Shown piece by piece: positions 52,872 through 64,000 of a stretch of DNA of 64,000 bases. How positions within the stretch are numbered: the first letter of the stretch is position 1; each line of letters opens with the position of its first letter. This DNA comes from Botryllus schlosseri. Taxonomy: Eukaryota. The notes beneath the pieces are model-generated. The model saw only the letters and a program-made list of their open reading frames with translations. It had not been told where the DNA came from and made no database searches. Made by a program: the position numbers and the translations under genes. The stretch is from NCBI GenBank assembly GCA_051294905.1, contig CM119371.1:14634001-14698000 (forward strand), written 5' to 3'.

Positions 52872-54348
52872 AATTGTAAAGAAGCAACAGCGCTATCTCG
52901 AGTCTCGATTCTTAATACAATAAAGAACACAAATAATAAACCAATACAATACATTGTTCGTAATTGCTATTTAAATAGTTACGCATCAAGCAACAGTATG
53001 TCGAAAAATCCATAGTGTTTTCCTGGCGATCCAGTCTGCGGTCAGCGAAGAGGGGCCAATTATTATTAACGGTGCGTGGTCAGTAAAATGACATCATAAT
53101 TTATCTTATTCCCTGATACGTCTAGGAGGCCAAGTCCCAAGTGGGCTCATAGCAGGGTCAAAACTACTAAAGTGACTCTTTGAGGCTCGGAACGTCTATA
53201 TAAAATTAAATAATATATTCAATAGGAAACAACAAAGGATGCATGCTGATGCTGACTTTGCACATGTATAAGGGTATATAGCCTATTTCTACAAAATATT
53301 CAATAACCTGGCACTGCTTTCGCACTTCGCGAGGTCCACATCCAGACATTAATTTTGCCTGTTGTCCGATATCGAAGTTTAGTGACAAGTCTCGCCATCA
53401 ATCGTTAGTAATCAGATGATTGACCTTGCAACATCTAGAAAGCATATATGTGCGACTCGCGCTCTCAGCGCATTAAGTTAAAGTTGGCCGTTCAATCAAA
53501 AATGCCGCACACCCTAAGCCCGTGTTTCTTAGTCTTTTTAGCGTTCGTATACCCTAAAAGAACTAAAAGAAAAACCCTTTTCCAGAGACTTTCCGAATTC
53601 GTGTACTATGGGGTTGCATTTTTTCCGTGAGGCTCATATTTCATAGACCAGAGACATTTCGGTTACTGGACAGTGGAGATAATACTACTATCGACGATAA
53701 CGGATAACATCCAGTGTTCTTACGGGGCAAATGTTTATCCCTGCCGATCTCTTTGCCGCTGCAGATTTCTGGATTGCAGGTGTACCAAAACGTCGTAGAT
53801 TGTGGTAGGCTATATGTTCAGTGGCGGAATTTATGACCGGCACCGAAATGCCAGTGTCTGAGAGTCTCACACCAGCTGGACTAAAGCAGCCCTACGGCTT
53901 CAAAGAATGATAGCGAAAAAGATTTCAGTAATTTCAGTGATTTCAGTAACATATGTTTTATTCTTATCATTACCCTACTATCCTTCCGTCGGATGGGATG
54001 GTGCCCAAATTGAGAGCAATGAATCTTTTCAAGTGAAATCACGCAAGGATGATTTCCGAACTGAAGAAACCCGTCCAATAATATTCTACTCTCTGTTGAT
54101 TTGCAAAATAATTCTGCTGCATAGGCTATAATTTTACACTAGGCCTACATCTCTTACGCCGTATTGCGGTACTTCTTATTTCCAAGGGTTCGATGAACCC
54201 CTGGTTAAAAACCACAGCGGAAATAGTTCCGTTCATTACCTGGCCGATTGATTTCTGTAGGCAGGGAATAGGTAGGTTACTGTACGAAATACCGAAGAGA
54301 TGGTTGCGCTCCTACAGCAGTATGCATAGTATACTACCGACTACAATC

Positions 54349-54484
54349 ACTACATAGTATACTACCTTCGGTAAATAGCAGCACATCGATAGTATTCATT
54401 CAATAGCACTAGTAGGTAGTATACTACATAGTATACGACCTTCGGTAAATAGCAGCATATCGATAGCATTCATTCAATAGCACT
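54349..54484 (+). repeat. Near-perfect two-copy tandem repeat (~74-bp period)
   Basis: actacatagtatac.accttcggtaaatagcagca.atcgatag.attcattcaatagcact occurs twice. Confidence 0.8.
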
Positions 54485-55767
54485 GCATCCGTCGACAAGA
54501 TGGTGTTGATCCATAGAATTAGGTTGGATACTTGTTTTATGCTGGATGCACGGGATGAATGGCAGCTTAATTATCAGAATGACAAACGAGGGCACAACTT
54601 ACTCCAATATTCATTTCTATGTAACATATCTGTCCTTCGTAATCTTCTTCGTCGCTGTACGGTATTGCTTGTTTACAGCCTTCATTTCGGTAGCTTATAT
54701 GGCCTACTTGTTGATAAGCTGTTTTTTTTTCGAACTGCATTGATAAGTCATTGTCAAACTCGCATTGTACTTATGATATCAGATCTGTGTCATCGTGTGG
54801 CTAAATACCAAGTTTACCAATTAATGTTGCGCACTCCAGTTGATTCACGATTCCACATCAAAACACCAGTGACGACACAAATAACATATATCACATACAA
54901 CTGATAACATATAAGCTACAATTTAAATTTATAAACTTCTAAATACCCCGGAGGACTCATTGCCAAAATAATTTTTAAATAATTTCAACATGTTAGGAGT
55001 ACATTGCTTTAGTGTTAGTGCGTTTATTATGGCTATGTTGGTTGCATTTCTTTGTAAATGAAGACCCGTTCAAAAACGGTTTCCGCGATGAATGACAGTG
55101 ATAGCTGACGAAAGTGAGTAAGCTTCGGGCCGCTGGATGATGAAGTTCTCGTTTTACATCCCGGATACTTATCATTCCATATCGAGCTATAGCCAAATCC
55201 ACAAACTCGACATCAAATGCATCAAACGCATCATTGCCTCTTTGAACAGGTATATGCCATACCATGTCATTAACGTAAGAGTGATCCAATGATCGTATCT
55301 TGTGTGCAGGAATCACAAACACGTCCTGCTACGATCATTCTATATTACCCCTTCTCCCATTGTCCCAGTCATTTACTGATAGTTGTAACCGAGTTACCTT
55401 TTCGGAAGGTACCAGTTTTTGTTCAAGTTGAGGTGATGTCAAGTATTCACTTTGACGCAGTGACAAGCGTTACGTCACACCACCCTGGATGATAATTCGG
55501 AAAGTACAAAAGCTTATCAATCACTCTTAGCCATACGTGCTCCACGTGAACAGTGCCTTACAACATCCTAGAACGAAAGTGGGACGTGCCACAAATCACT
55601 AGATAATGAATCATAATAAGAAATAACGGCCAGTTGTAAATAACCATAGTAGTCGAAGCACCAAAGATACCAAAAACAGCATGAACAGAACCCTTGACTA
55701 CGCCCCTGATTTCGAGCAGCTCCACCGAGACGAGGCAGTATATGTTAGTTTCACTTTCCGTCGAGCG

Positions 55768-56835
55768 TTACACGGGAATATCATCCAAGTTCGCGTTTAA
55801 AATGATATCTTTGACAGCGTCAAATACAATTCGAATATTTTTCGTGTCCGTCGCGCATGTCGCGTGATGATATATCGCCCCATAATGTTCAGTCCTTACT
55901 TGTATAAATTTATCACGAATGAAATTTTGGGCATCCGGTACGCGTCTCCGCTCTCCCATGTAGTCAGGGAAATAGTCTGCGAGATCTGTCACCATAATTT
56001 TCTCCTCAAACAGATCTTTTTTGTTTAGAAACAATATCACTGAAGTGTTTCTGAAGTATTGATGTCCAATGATTGTCTCAAAAAGGGCTATGCTTTCGGC
56101 AAGGCGGTTAACATGTTGAGACTCCGACAGTACCTGATCGTATTCACTTAACGCTGCTAGAAACAATATCGAAGTCACGTCCTCAAAGCAATGAATCCAT
56201 TTCCGCCTCTCCGATCTTTGGCCCCCAACATCTATCATTCTGAAAGTAACCGAATTAAGTTTGAAAGTGTATTCATGAATTCCCGTGGTCGGTACTCTGA
56301 CACGTAAGATATCTTGCAGCGTCGGTATATAATCAATTGTCCTTATCCTATCAAGATCGTTGAGGTAATATGCTGCTGAGTCTGACAGTTGATATTCATT
56401 CCTTTGGTCATAGCATTTCTGCATTCCTTGATCATTCCACAACGACTGTATCGCTTCTACGTGGTGAGCGAACTGATCATGTGTTCGAACATCGCGTGTA
56501 TCCAGAGCTACCAATACATTTGCATGCGAGACATTGTCTGGGTTTGCATATTTAATCTCTAGAGTGGACATAGCCTGTATCAAATTTTTAACGGCGGCGT
56601 AAATGTCGGAATGAACCAAATGTGTAAATTCACAGCGCTCGGTATCACTGTATCCTTTCCCATGAATGATGCGCATTTGTTTGACGAATGTACTTTTACC
56701 ACTCTCCCCAGTACCTAGCATAAGTAGTTTAAGTTGTCTTCTGGCTTCATTTTTCGTGTCCCGTAATTGATTTTCAATCCTTGAGTTTATTCGTCTCCTC
56801 TTCCTTTGTTCTTCCGTTAGACAGCATATATTCAT
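55768..56835 (-). CDS. GNAQ: Gq-family G alpha subunit, paralog 4, single-exon CDS, 355 aa
   Basis: [40 protein letters not shown]; closest to paralog 3 and convergent with it; ends [10 protein letters not shown]. Confidence 0.92.
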   Translation of the reverse strand: MNICCLTEEQRKRRRINSRIENQLRDTKNEARRQLKLLMLGTGESGKSTFVKQMRIIHGKGYSDTERCEFTHLVHSDIYAAVKNLIQAMSTLEIKYANPDNVSHANVLVALDTRDVRTHDQFAHHVEAIQSLWNDQGMQKCYDQRNEYQLSDSAAYYLNDLDRIRTIDYIPTLQDILRVRVPTTGIHEYTFKLNSVTFRMIDVGGQRSERRKWIHCFEDVTSILFLAALSEYDQVLSESQHVNRLAESIALFETIIGHQYFRNTSVILFLNKKDLFEEKIMVTDLADYFPDYMGERRRVPDAQNFIRDKFIQVRTEHYGAIYHHATCATDTKNIRIVFDAVKDIILNANLDDIPV

Positions 56836-57080
56836 TATATTCCAGAATATCTACTAGACGTTTCGATTGGTCACGTTTATATCTGCCACATGAATATGTT
56901 TTAAAGACAGGTGTGATCGCTTTAACTGTTAGCCTATACGCTTTCTCAACTGCATAATGAAACCATTATATGCTGTGATGTTGCATCAGGCAACCCAATC
57001 GCCAAAGGCGCTAGTCAGAACTTACTTAATAAATCAATAGGCCTAACACAGGTCGCACGCGTTTTAGTGACAGTTTATGC

Positions 57081-57576
57081 CAGTGACGGGCAACATACGG
57101 CCCGCAGAGAGTTTCTAGCCTGAAAGTGAAATTCTATACTGAAAGTATTGTCAAATTTTATGCGTCACAAAATGAATCCAAGCTTGCCGACCTATGGGAA
57201 AGATGGGCGTGAAACCACTTGCTCTGTTCGTTCGGATGCACATATATTTTAGACCATGAACGTTAACGAGACAAGGTTGCGTTCCAATATAACTGATATT
57301 CACATGCAGTCTTTACCAAGGGTTTCTACATACAACATGCAGTCAGAGTTCAATAAACTTGTTGTCAACTCTGACCGGCCACAGCTACTGTTAATAAATT
57401 AGTTAAGTAGGCTACTGTTTTTGGTCTCTATGCTTTAAACTTAAAGTTTACATTAAATACGATTTTTTCCATATAGGTGGGTAAATACGCCACGACTGTA
57501 TATATACTGTAATCCGGCCCGCCAATGGCTTCATTTTCCTATATCCGGCCGCGACCGGAGAAGTTGCCCGCCCCTG
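57081..57576 (+). mobile_element. Buster-like hAT MITE upstream of Gq paralog 4
   Basis: Ends cagtgacgggcaac / gttgcccgcccctg; perfect TSD gtttatgc. Confidence 0.85.
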
Positions 57577-58131
57577 GTTTATGCTCTCTGACATTCTGAA
57601 GTAGCCTTGTGCCGAATAATTAGAGTGTTTTTTTCTTTAAGAGTCAAGTCTTAGTCATGACCTTTCTAAAATCTGATTTATCGAATAATATATGTGAAAG
57701 CCGGACCATGATACTGACGGGATATTTGACTTTGTGTGGTATTTAGTTGGAATTAAAAAATGGAAATACCAAAACTATTCCATTCACAGGCAGGCGTAAT
57801 TATAAATATTAATTATATATCTGAGCTGTACGCCGTTTCACCATGGACAATACCATAGAAAACGGCTGGGTTGAGCAAAGCGGAAATCTGGAAATTCTCA
57901 AATCGGCACAGTAGCCTATCATTGATAATCTTCATCAAATCTAGTGTGATATGGTTATCGTAACAGTGCAAGAGTCAAAATAAACTTCAAGCAATCCTAG
58001 CCATTTATTTATTGAAAGAGATATCGCATTATTTTCATTGCCGTCATTTATTATTACAAGATCACAATGCAATACGGACTGTCGCAGGCGCACGACTACT
58101 GCGTTACAGTCAACCAAAGAATACACTATAT

Positions 58132-58653
58132 CAGGGGCGGGCAACTTCCCCAATTGGCGGGCCTGATTATCAGAATCGATGCAGTAATCGCGTGTTTATC
58201 CAACTATACAAGGAATATATCATATTTATTGTAAACGTTAAGTTTAAAACGCAGAGACCGAAAAGAATGTATTTCAATAACTGTTGACGTCAATCAGACA
58301 TCTGAGGTCGGTCAATATTGTCAACAAGTTCTTTGAAATCTGGCTGCATGTCGGGTATATAAACCCTTACTAAAGACTGTACGTGAACGTCAGTAAGACT
58401 GGAACGCAGCATTGTCTCGATTATATTCATGGTTAAATATGTTTGCTCGCAAATGTATGTGGACCCGAACAGAACAAGTAGTTTTATGACCATCTTTCTC
58501 AGGTTGGCAAATTTGGATTCATGCTGTGACGCATAAAATTTGTCAATGCTTTCAGATTAGAATTTCACTTTCACGGTAGAAACTCCCGGCGGGCCGGTCA
58601 AAATTCGTTCGCGGGACGGACCCGGCCCGCGGGCCGTATGTTGCCCGCCCCTG
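58132..58653 (-). mobile_element. Inverted copy of the same MITE, retaining the transposase C-terminus
   Basis: TIRs caggggcgggcaac / gttgcccgcccctg; TSD cactatat/cagtatat; ORF 58290-58493(-) LFGSTYICEQTYLTMNIIETMLRSSLTDVHVQS is a Buster transposase C-terminal motif. Confidence 0.85.
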
Positions 58654-61600
58654 CAGTATATACACTTAATTTATATCCTTTCATTTCTATCCCTTGTATA
58701 TTTGTCGGATTACAATAATTAGTTAACGAAATAAACACAACCTTTCACGCATGACATCGGTTAATTCGCCAACACCATCATCATCATTACTTGTATTCAA
58801 GATAAATATACACAGCATAGATACGACAGTAAGCTATCCACGGTATCCTATGCACATCTCTTAGCTTCCACTTGGCTTCGATTTCGGCTGTTCTAACTTG
58901 AAAGTGAACTAGCGATCGGCAAACGGTATTAGGTAACACTTGGAAACATAAAGAGTAATTAATCGTCGGCACAACACAAAGTTGATTTCACCTAATGGTG
59001 AATAATGACATATAGAAAATCTGTCTTCAGAAGCACTACAAAGGATCACAAGTCATTGCGCTTGAGTAAATATTCAAGAAATGTATAGTGGAAACCAAAT
59101 AAAGACCCAACTTACCCCAATTCCCGGTTCCTTCAATGTTGACATCGACCAAACACACATTGTTTGTGTTCAATGAGATGGCATTAGATTGACATTCAAA
59201 AGGGCGGACTGTTAGTCGATTGTCAATTTCCATAGTTTCAAATACACGAGTTTTATTATTCCATGGCTATGGCATAAGTAGAACTGTTCCTTGTGTGAAT
59301 TCAACCCTCTGTCAACTTACTTCGGAATGCCAATCTCGTCATGATAAAATATCTCACAGCAATCTTCAATACACTAGAAACAAATGAATACAAGATGTTC
59401 GTATAATGGATATTTACCGGCAAATGTAACACCACTGTAATATTGAAGTCACTGAATTGATTATATTGAAGTTGAAATACTCAATTCCGGAAAACTAAAT
59501 CCAAACTATTGCTGTTGAACAGACTATTTTGAGGGTTCCAACCATCCCATATCGATAAACGTCGGCTATATCGGGTGGAAATTGACGTTTTTTGTAAGGT
59601 ATTTACACAATTATGGCATAATTTTACAACTTAAAAATTTTTTTTTTAAAAAGGCCATTTTTTAAAACACTGTTTAAAACATGATCAAAACAAAGTGTTT
59701 TAAAACACCGTTTATTAAAGCGTTAGCTCAAAACTTTGTCCAGATTGTTTACAAAGGAAAATATAGCCCGTTGTCAACATAGTATGAACTGTAACGATAA
59801 CTTGGAATAGGCTGTGATGGATGATCAAAACTTATAAAACATGTGACGTTTATAGTAAGTCTTGGCAATTTATATATATATAAGTGTAAGCACAGGCGCC
59901 GATTTTTATTTGTGCATGGGGTGGCAGCAGGCGCGTAGCCAGGGGGTGTCGAAACACCCTCCTTTTGAAACGCAAATCCCCGTCCTTTTGAAATGACCAT
60001 TTTGACGCTAATATTCAGTTGCAATTCAACAAGTCGTATTATCAGTGATACGCGGGGGCCGCGATTAATTAGCGAGATTTATGTGCACGCATATCGCATC
60101 GCACAATGCAACGCGACGCGATCTCCCGCTTAGATGATTGCAAAATTACGTCATTCATTGCCGCGCACTCGGCATTCGTCGCTGGACTGAGAAGTAACAC
60201 AGCGCGACAATTCTGGAACACGAAAGACAGACAAATATTATGATTACAAACGCGCGCGGCCAATCAGTAATTATCCCTTACCGCCAACTTTTTACTTAGT
60301 ATTGAGTAGCTGAGTAGCTCGCATCGTGACAATTGGTTGCTGATTAAAACATCGATTTTGACTGCATTGCCGCATTTCCCGATTTTCGTTCGCAAAGCAT
60401 ATAGTTGGATTAATATTTTGGGTACTGGAATAAATTCCAACTAGCAGGCACACACAATAAAACACTTCAATTTTGCGCTCCGAGAATATTTATCAGAAAA
60501 ATGGTTCACAAAATATTTTAAACGCGGTTTGCGGCCCTCATTGATGCAATAATGCAGACGTATATTTGGTTGTTGAATCGCGATAGGAGATGGTGTTTCT
60601 CGGAGCGCGCGATGAAATTTACGTTTCTAACGATGAGGGCTATGTTGAATACTTAACACAATCAGGTAGCGTTCCACATAAAAAAGCAAGCGGGCTCGCA
60701 ACTTAATACCTAAATGGTGAGGATGGTGTGAGCATGAGGTTCACGTTCGCGTTCTGTCTGTGTGAACCTCAGAAATCAAGAGGTTCACGTTCACAGACGA
60801 ACCTTGGTAGGTTCTGCACTATTAACCTTTTTCATATCGTACAATTTTCACTTCATTATAGCATCTTTGTATGAAATGTATTGCATGCCAACTGCACGCC
60901 ACTCTATATGCATGGCGGTGGCACCATAAAAAAAAAATCATCACCAAACGAGCATGCACCTGCTTTGTTACAAAAGCTTGTTCGAAATATCCAGCTTTCC
61001 GTTTGTGAATATTTAGTGACTCTCTGCTTGACTTGACCCGCAATTACGCAACACCAAGAGCGAAATACATTCAGCTCAAGATCACCGTAGCAATACTCAG
61101 ACTCCGTATACATGGTCCGATCTGGCCGATACCGGTAAGGCGTAGCTTTTATTCCCTTGCAAGTCCTCGTCGAGATTGTTGGCAAAGCGACGGAAGATAA
61201 TGATTCTATGGGATTATTATATCATTTCATTTACGCAGTTGATACATTTAGCGACGTTTAAAACGTCAATATAGGGTTGGAATTAGCAATATGACGTCAC
61301 GTGACGTCATGAGGTTCACGTTCGCGTCCACACAGATACTGATAAATGTTTGTGTGTTTCTTGCCTTTCTATGATCTGTCGTTCAAATGTTTTAACATCA
61401 AGATCAACAATGAACTGCGCACTGAAAATATGTCAGCCCACCTGTTTCTGAGACGCCATGCACCGCTGTCGAATTATTAAACTCCAAAAAAGCAAATTTT
61501 GCGAAGGTTTGACTCGGGCAATCGTGATTTATGATAATTCTCCTGATATGCGAGTCTGGGGGATTACGGCACGTGTTGTGGTCTCAGAACGTGAAAGCGC

Positions 61601-62349
61601 AACTTGAAAGCGCAACTTGAAAGCGCGACGTTCAGCTCTCCGTCGCGAGTGCAGTAGCACCAGCCATGTCGATCTGGATTAAGTGATTGACGCACGTGTA
61701 AGAAATAGAATCGAAGTAGGTCGTTGATGAAGTTAGAATATATGAATCATAAGAAATTGTTAGGCTTTTTATATAAATTATAGTCCACGCTATATGTTCG
61801 GTGTTTATTGGATCATTTTTAATTTAATTACTAACTCTTATGCAAGCAAGTTTCTGCCGGCTTATTACTAGAGTGTGCTTTTTTCGGATTTGCGCATCGA
61901 TTTCTAACGCACTGTCGTCTGTGCTCCATTGTAGATCACGCCTCTTCAGTTATTGCTAAATTCCTGCTACTGGCGTAAACTATTTCCCGAGGGGTGTACA
62001 ATATGTGAATGCATCTATTTAATACGTTATTGTAATGCATTAGCCTGTTTCTAGGCCACGGTTGGAGTTGGGCGGGGTTTTAGGATGGTACTTGACTATA
62101 CACCATGTCGTTTCGATTACCTCCATTCTTGTACCTGTATCACATTTTTAATGGAATTTCGGATCTACAAAAATCTTTTAACGGAATGATGAGTTGGTGT
62201 CATTTAAATTTTGAAATCCGTCAATAAAGATGCGTGAATTTTGAAGCACTACTTGACCGTTCTTGTTGTTGTTGGATGCAATTCGTTCAGCGATTTTAAC
62301 TCAATGTTTTTGTTCGCTAGGCTGTAATATATATCCATTGTATTTGGCT

Positions 62350-63966
62350 ATGACAAGATCTATTTATTTCGATCCGAGACAGCATGCAACATCGCAGCAG
62401 ATGAAACAAGACGGTGTTTGTCATGATTTCATAATTCAAGTCGAGAATGATGAATATCACACTCATCAAAAGACATTGTCTGATGCTTCGGATTATTTCA
62501 GAGCGATGTTCAGGCACGATACAAAAGAGAGTCGGGAAAGGCGGGTGATTTTGAAAGGTGTGGATTCTGAATGTGTACAAAACTGCATCAAATTCATATA
62601 TGACGGGGAATATGAGATTCCGAAAGGGAAGATGTACGACTTTCTCCACGTCGCAGTCATGATGCTGCTAGATGACGTTAAAAAGTCACTGTGTGACGTT
62701 ATGACTGAGTCATTGACTGTCAGTAATTACGTCTCCACGAAGCATGTAGCCGACATGTATGGGCTTGATGACCTGTCAGCAAAATGCAGATCTTACTTCC
62801 GACGAAATGTCTCGGAAATCTTCAACCAACCGGGATTTGAAAACACCGAGATGTCCGACCTTCGTGACCTTTTGAAGGCGAAAGAATCAGGAATATGTGA
62901 GGAGGACAAGTTGACCTTCACGCTCATGTGGATTGAGAATAATCCACGAATGAAATATATGCTGCGTCAATGTATTGATATGGTCAATTTGGATCATGTC
63001 TCTACGGCATTTCTGCAAAATCTATTAAATACCCATCCGATCATCAGCAACGACATTGAGTTATACAAGCTGATTAATGGCCATCTTATGTCCCATCACA
63101 TGACGATGGTACGCAGAAATGAGTACTTTAACAATACCAAAAGAATGATACTGTTTGACTATGACGCGAATTGCATCCGATCCTTGCATTCGATAACAGG
63201 AAAAATCTCAAAGTTCCATGCTGCTAAATTTCGGCATTTGGGATATTTTTCCGCAATATTACTTGAGTCCCACATTTACATTGTGTGTAAGGATAAATCC
63301 GTACGCCGAATCAATTTTCGAGACAATGATTCAAAATGGGAGAGAATGAAAGATATGATATCCGGACATGGGATATGGCCCCCCTCTGTTGCTTTGCTGG
63401 GGTCGATATTTGTTATTGGAGGTAGCATGTCAGGATCGTCTAATATTGTTGATGGATTCAACCCGTCTTCAAACCGATGGTTTCAACTAAAGAACAAACC
63501 CACAGCGGTTTCCGATCCGAGTCTCGTATCACTGAATGGCTCAGTGTATTGTGTCGGAGGTAAAGGACCAGATTGCGTCGCAACTTCCTCATTCTGCAAA
63601 TTTACTCCGTCCTCGTCAGAGTGGGTTGACCTCAAGCCAATGAGATATCCGAAGTGGGGCAGTGGTGTTGTCGCGTTTGGTCAGAAGATATTCGCGATCG
63701 GTGGCTGCACGTTGCGGAAGAAATTGACAAATGTAGAGTGTTATGATGTCACGTCGTCTCAGTGGACTTCACTGTCGCATATGAATAATTGTCATGGTTG
63801 GAATAGTGCCTTGCGCGTTGGCAGTTGGATATTTTCCGTACCAGTGTTTAAGTCTATGTCTTCTGATCCAATTGAGAAGTATGATTTACTAAACGACATA
63901 TGGCAGAGTAACGAATCACGTGTAGATCAATGTAGAGCTTACGCAGCCATTCTCGTATCGCAGTAG
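62350..63966 (+). CDS. Kelch-like protein (BTB-BACK-Kelch), single-exon CDS, about 538 aa from the first ATG
   Basis: BTB motif HQKTLSDASDYFRAMF..ESRERRVILKGVD..CIKFIYDG; BACK region (EEDKLTFTLMWIENN); Kelch repeats IFVIGG/VYCVGG/IFAIGG with VECYD..SQW. The track ORF starts at TTG 62263; the first in-frame ATG is 62350, just after an acceptor-like tttttgttcgctag ending at 62320. Confidence 0.88.
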   Translation: MTRSIYFDPRQHATSQQMKQDGVCHDFIIQVENDEYHTHQKTLSDASDYFRAMFRHDTKESRERRVILKGVDSECVQNCIKFIYDGEYEIPKGKMYDFLHVAVMMLLDDVKKSLCDVMTESLTVSNYVSTKHVADMYGLDDLSAKCRSYFRRNVSEIFNQPGFENTEMSDLRDLLKAKESGICEEDKLTFTLMWIENNPRMKYMLRQCIDMVNLDHVSTAFLQNLLNTHPIISNDIELYKLINGHLMSHHMTMVRRNEYFNNTKRMILFDYDANCIRSLHSITGKISKFHAAKFRHLGYFSAILLESHIYIVCKDKSVRRINFRDNDSKWERMKDMISGHGIWPPSVALLGSIFVIGGSMSGSSNIVDGFNPSSNRWFQLKNKPTAVSDPSLVSLNGSVYCVGGKGPDCVATSSFCKFTPSSSEWVDLKPMRYPKWGSGVVAFGQKIFAIGGCTLRKKLTNVECYDVTSSQWTSLSHMNNCHGWNSALRVGSWIFSVPVFKSMSSDPIEKYDLLNDIWQSNESRVDQCRAYAAILVSQ

Positions 63967-64000
63967 ACTTTGCAGTTCTTTAATAACATCAACAAATATT

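Overview
Eukaryotic (animal) genomic DNA: gene-poor, repeat-rich and AT-rich. An invertebrate such as an ascidian is plausible, but the species cannot be established from this window. The main feature is a cluster of four intact heterotrimeric G-protein alpha genes of the Gq family, each with a single-exon CDS (23828-24904 +, 32906-33973 +, 48529-49596 +, 55768-56835 -). They form two paralog pairs, one a direct tandem duplication and one an inverted duplication. All four keep the GTPase catalytic residues but differ from canonical Gq in the receptor-coupling C-terminus, the effector-binding alpha3-beta5 region, the inhibitor pocket and (in one pair) the N-terminal cysteines. An intronless BTB-BACK-Kelch gene lies at the right end. 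Intergenic DNA is packed with non-autonomous DNA transposons: many hAT elements (Buster-, Ac-, Blackjack- and Tip100-like) with readable 8-bp TSDs and up to three levels of nesting, a TTAA Kolobok/T2-like MITE, and P-like foldbacks with 7-bp TSDs including a 43-bp minimal element. tRNA-derived SINEs are also present. Most short ORFs in the supplied track are spurious or transposase remnants. Repeat coordinates and alignments were read by eye.
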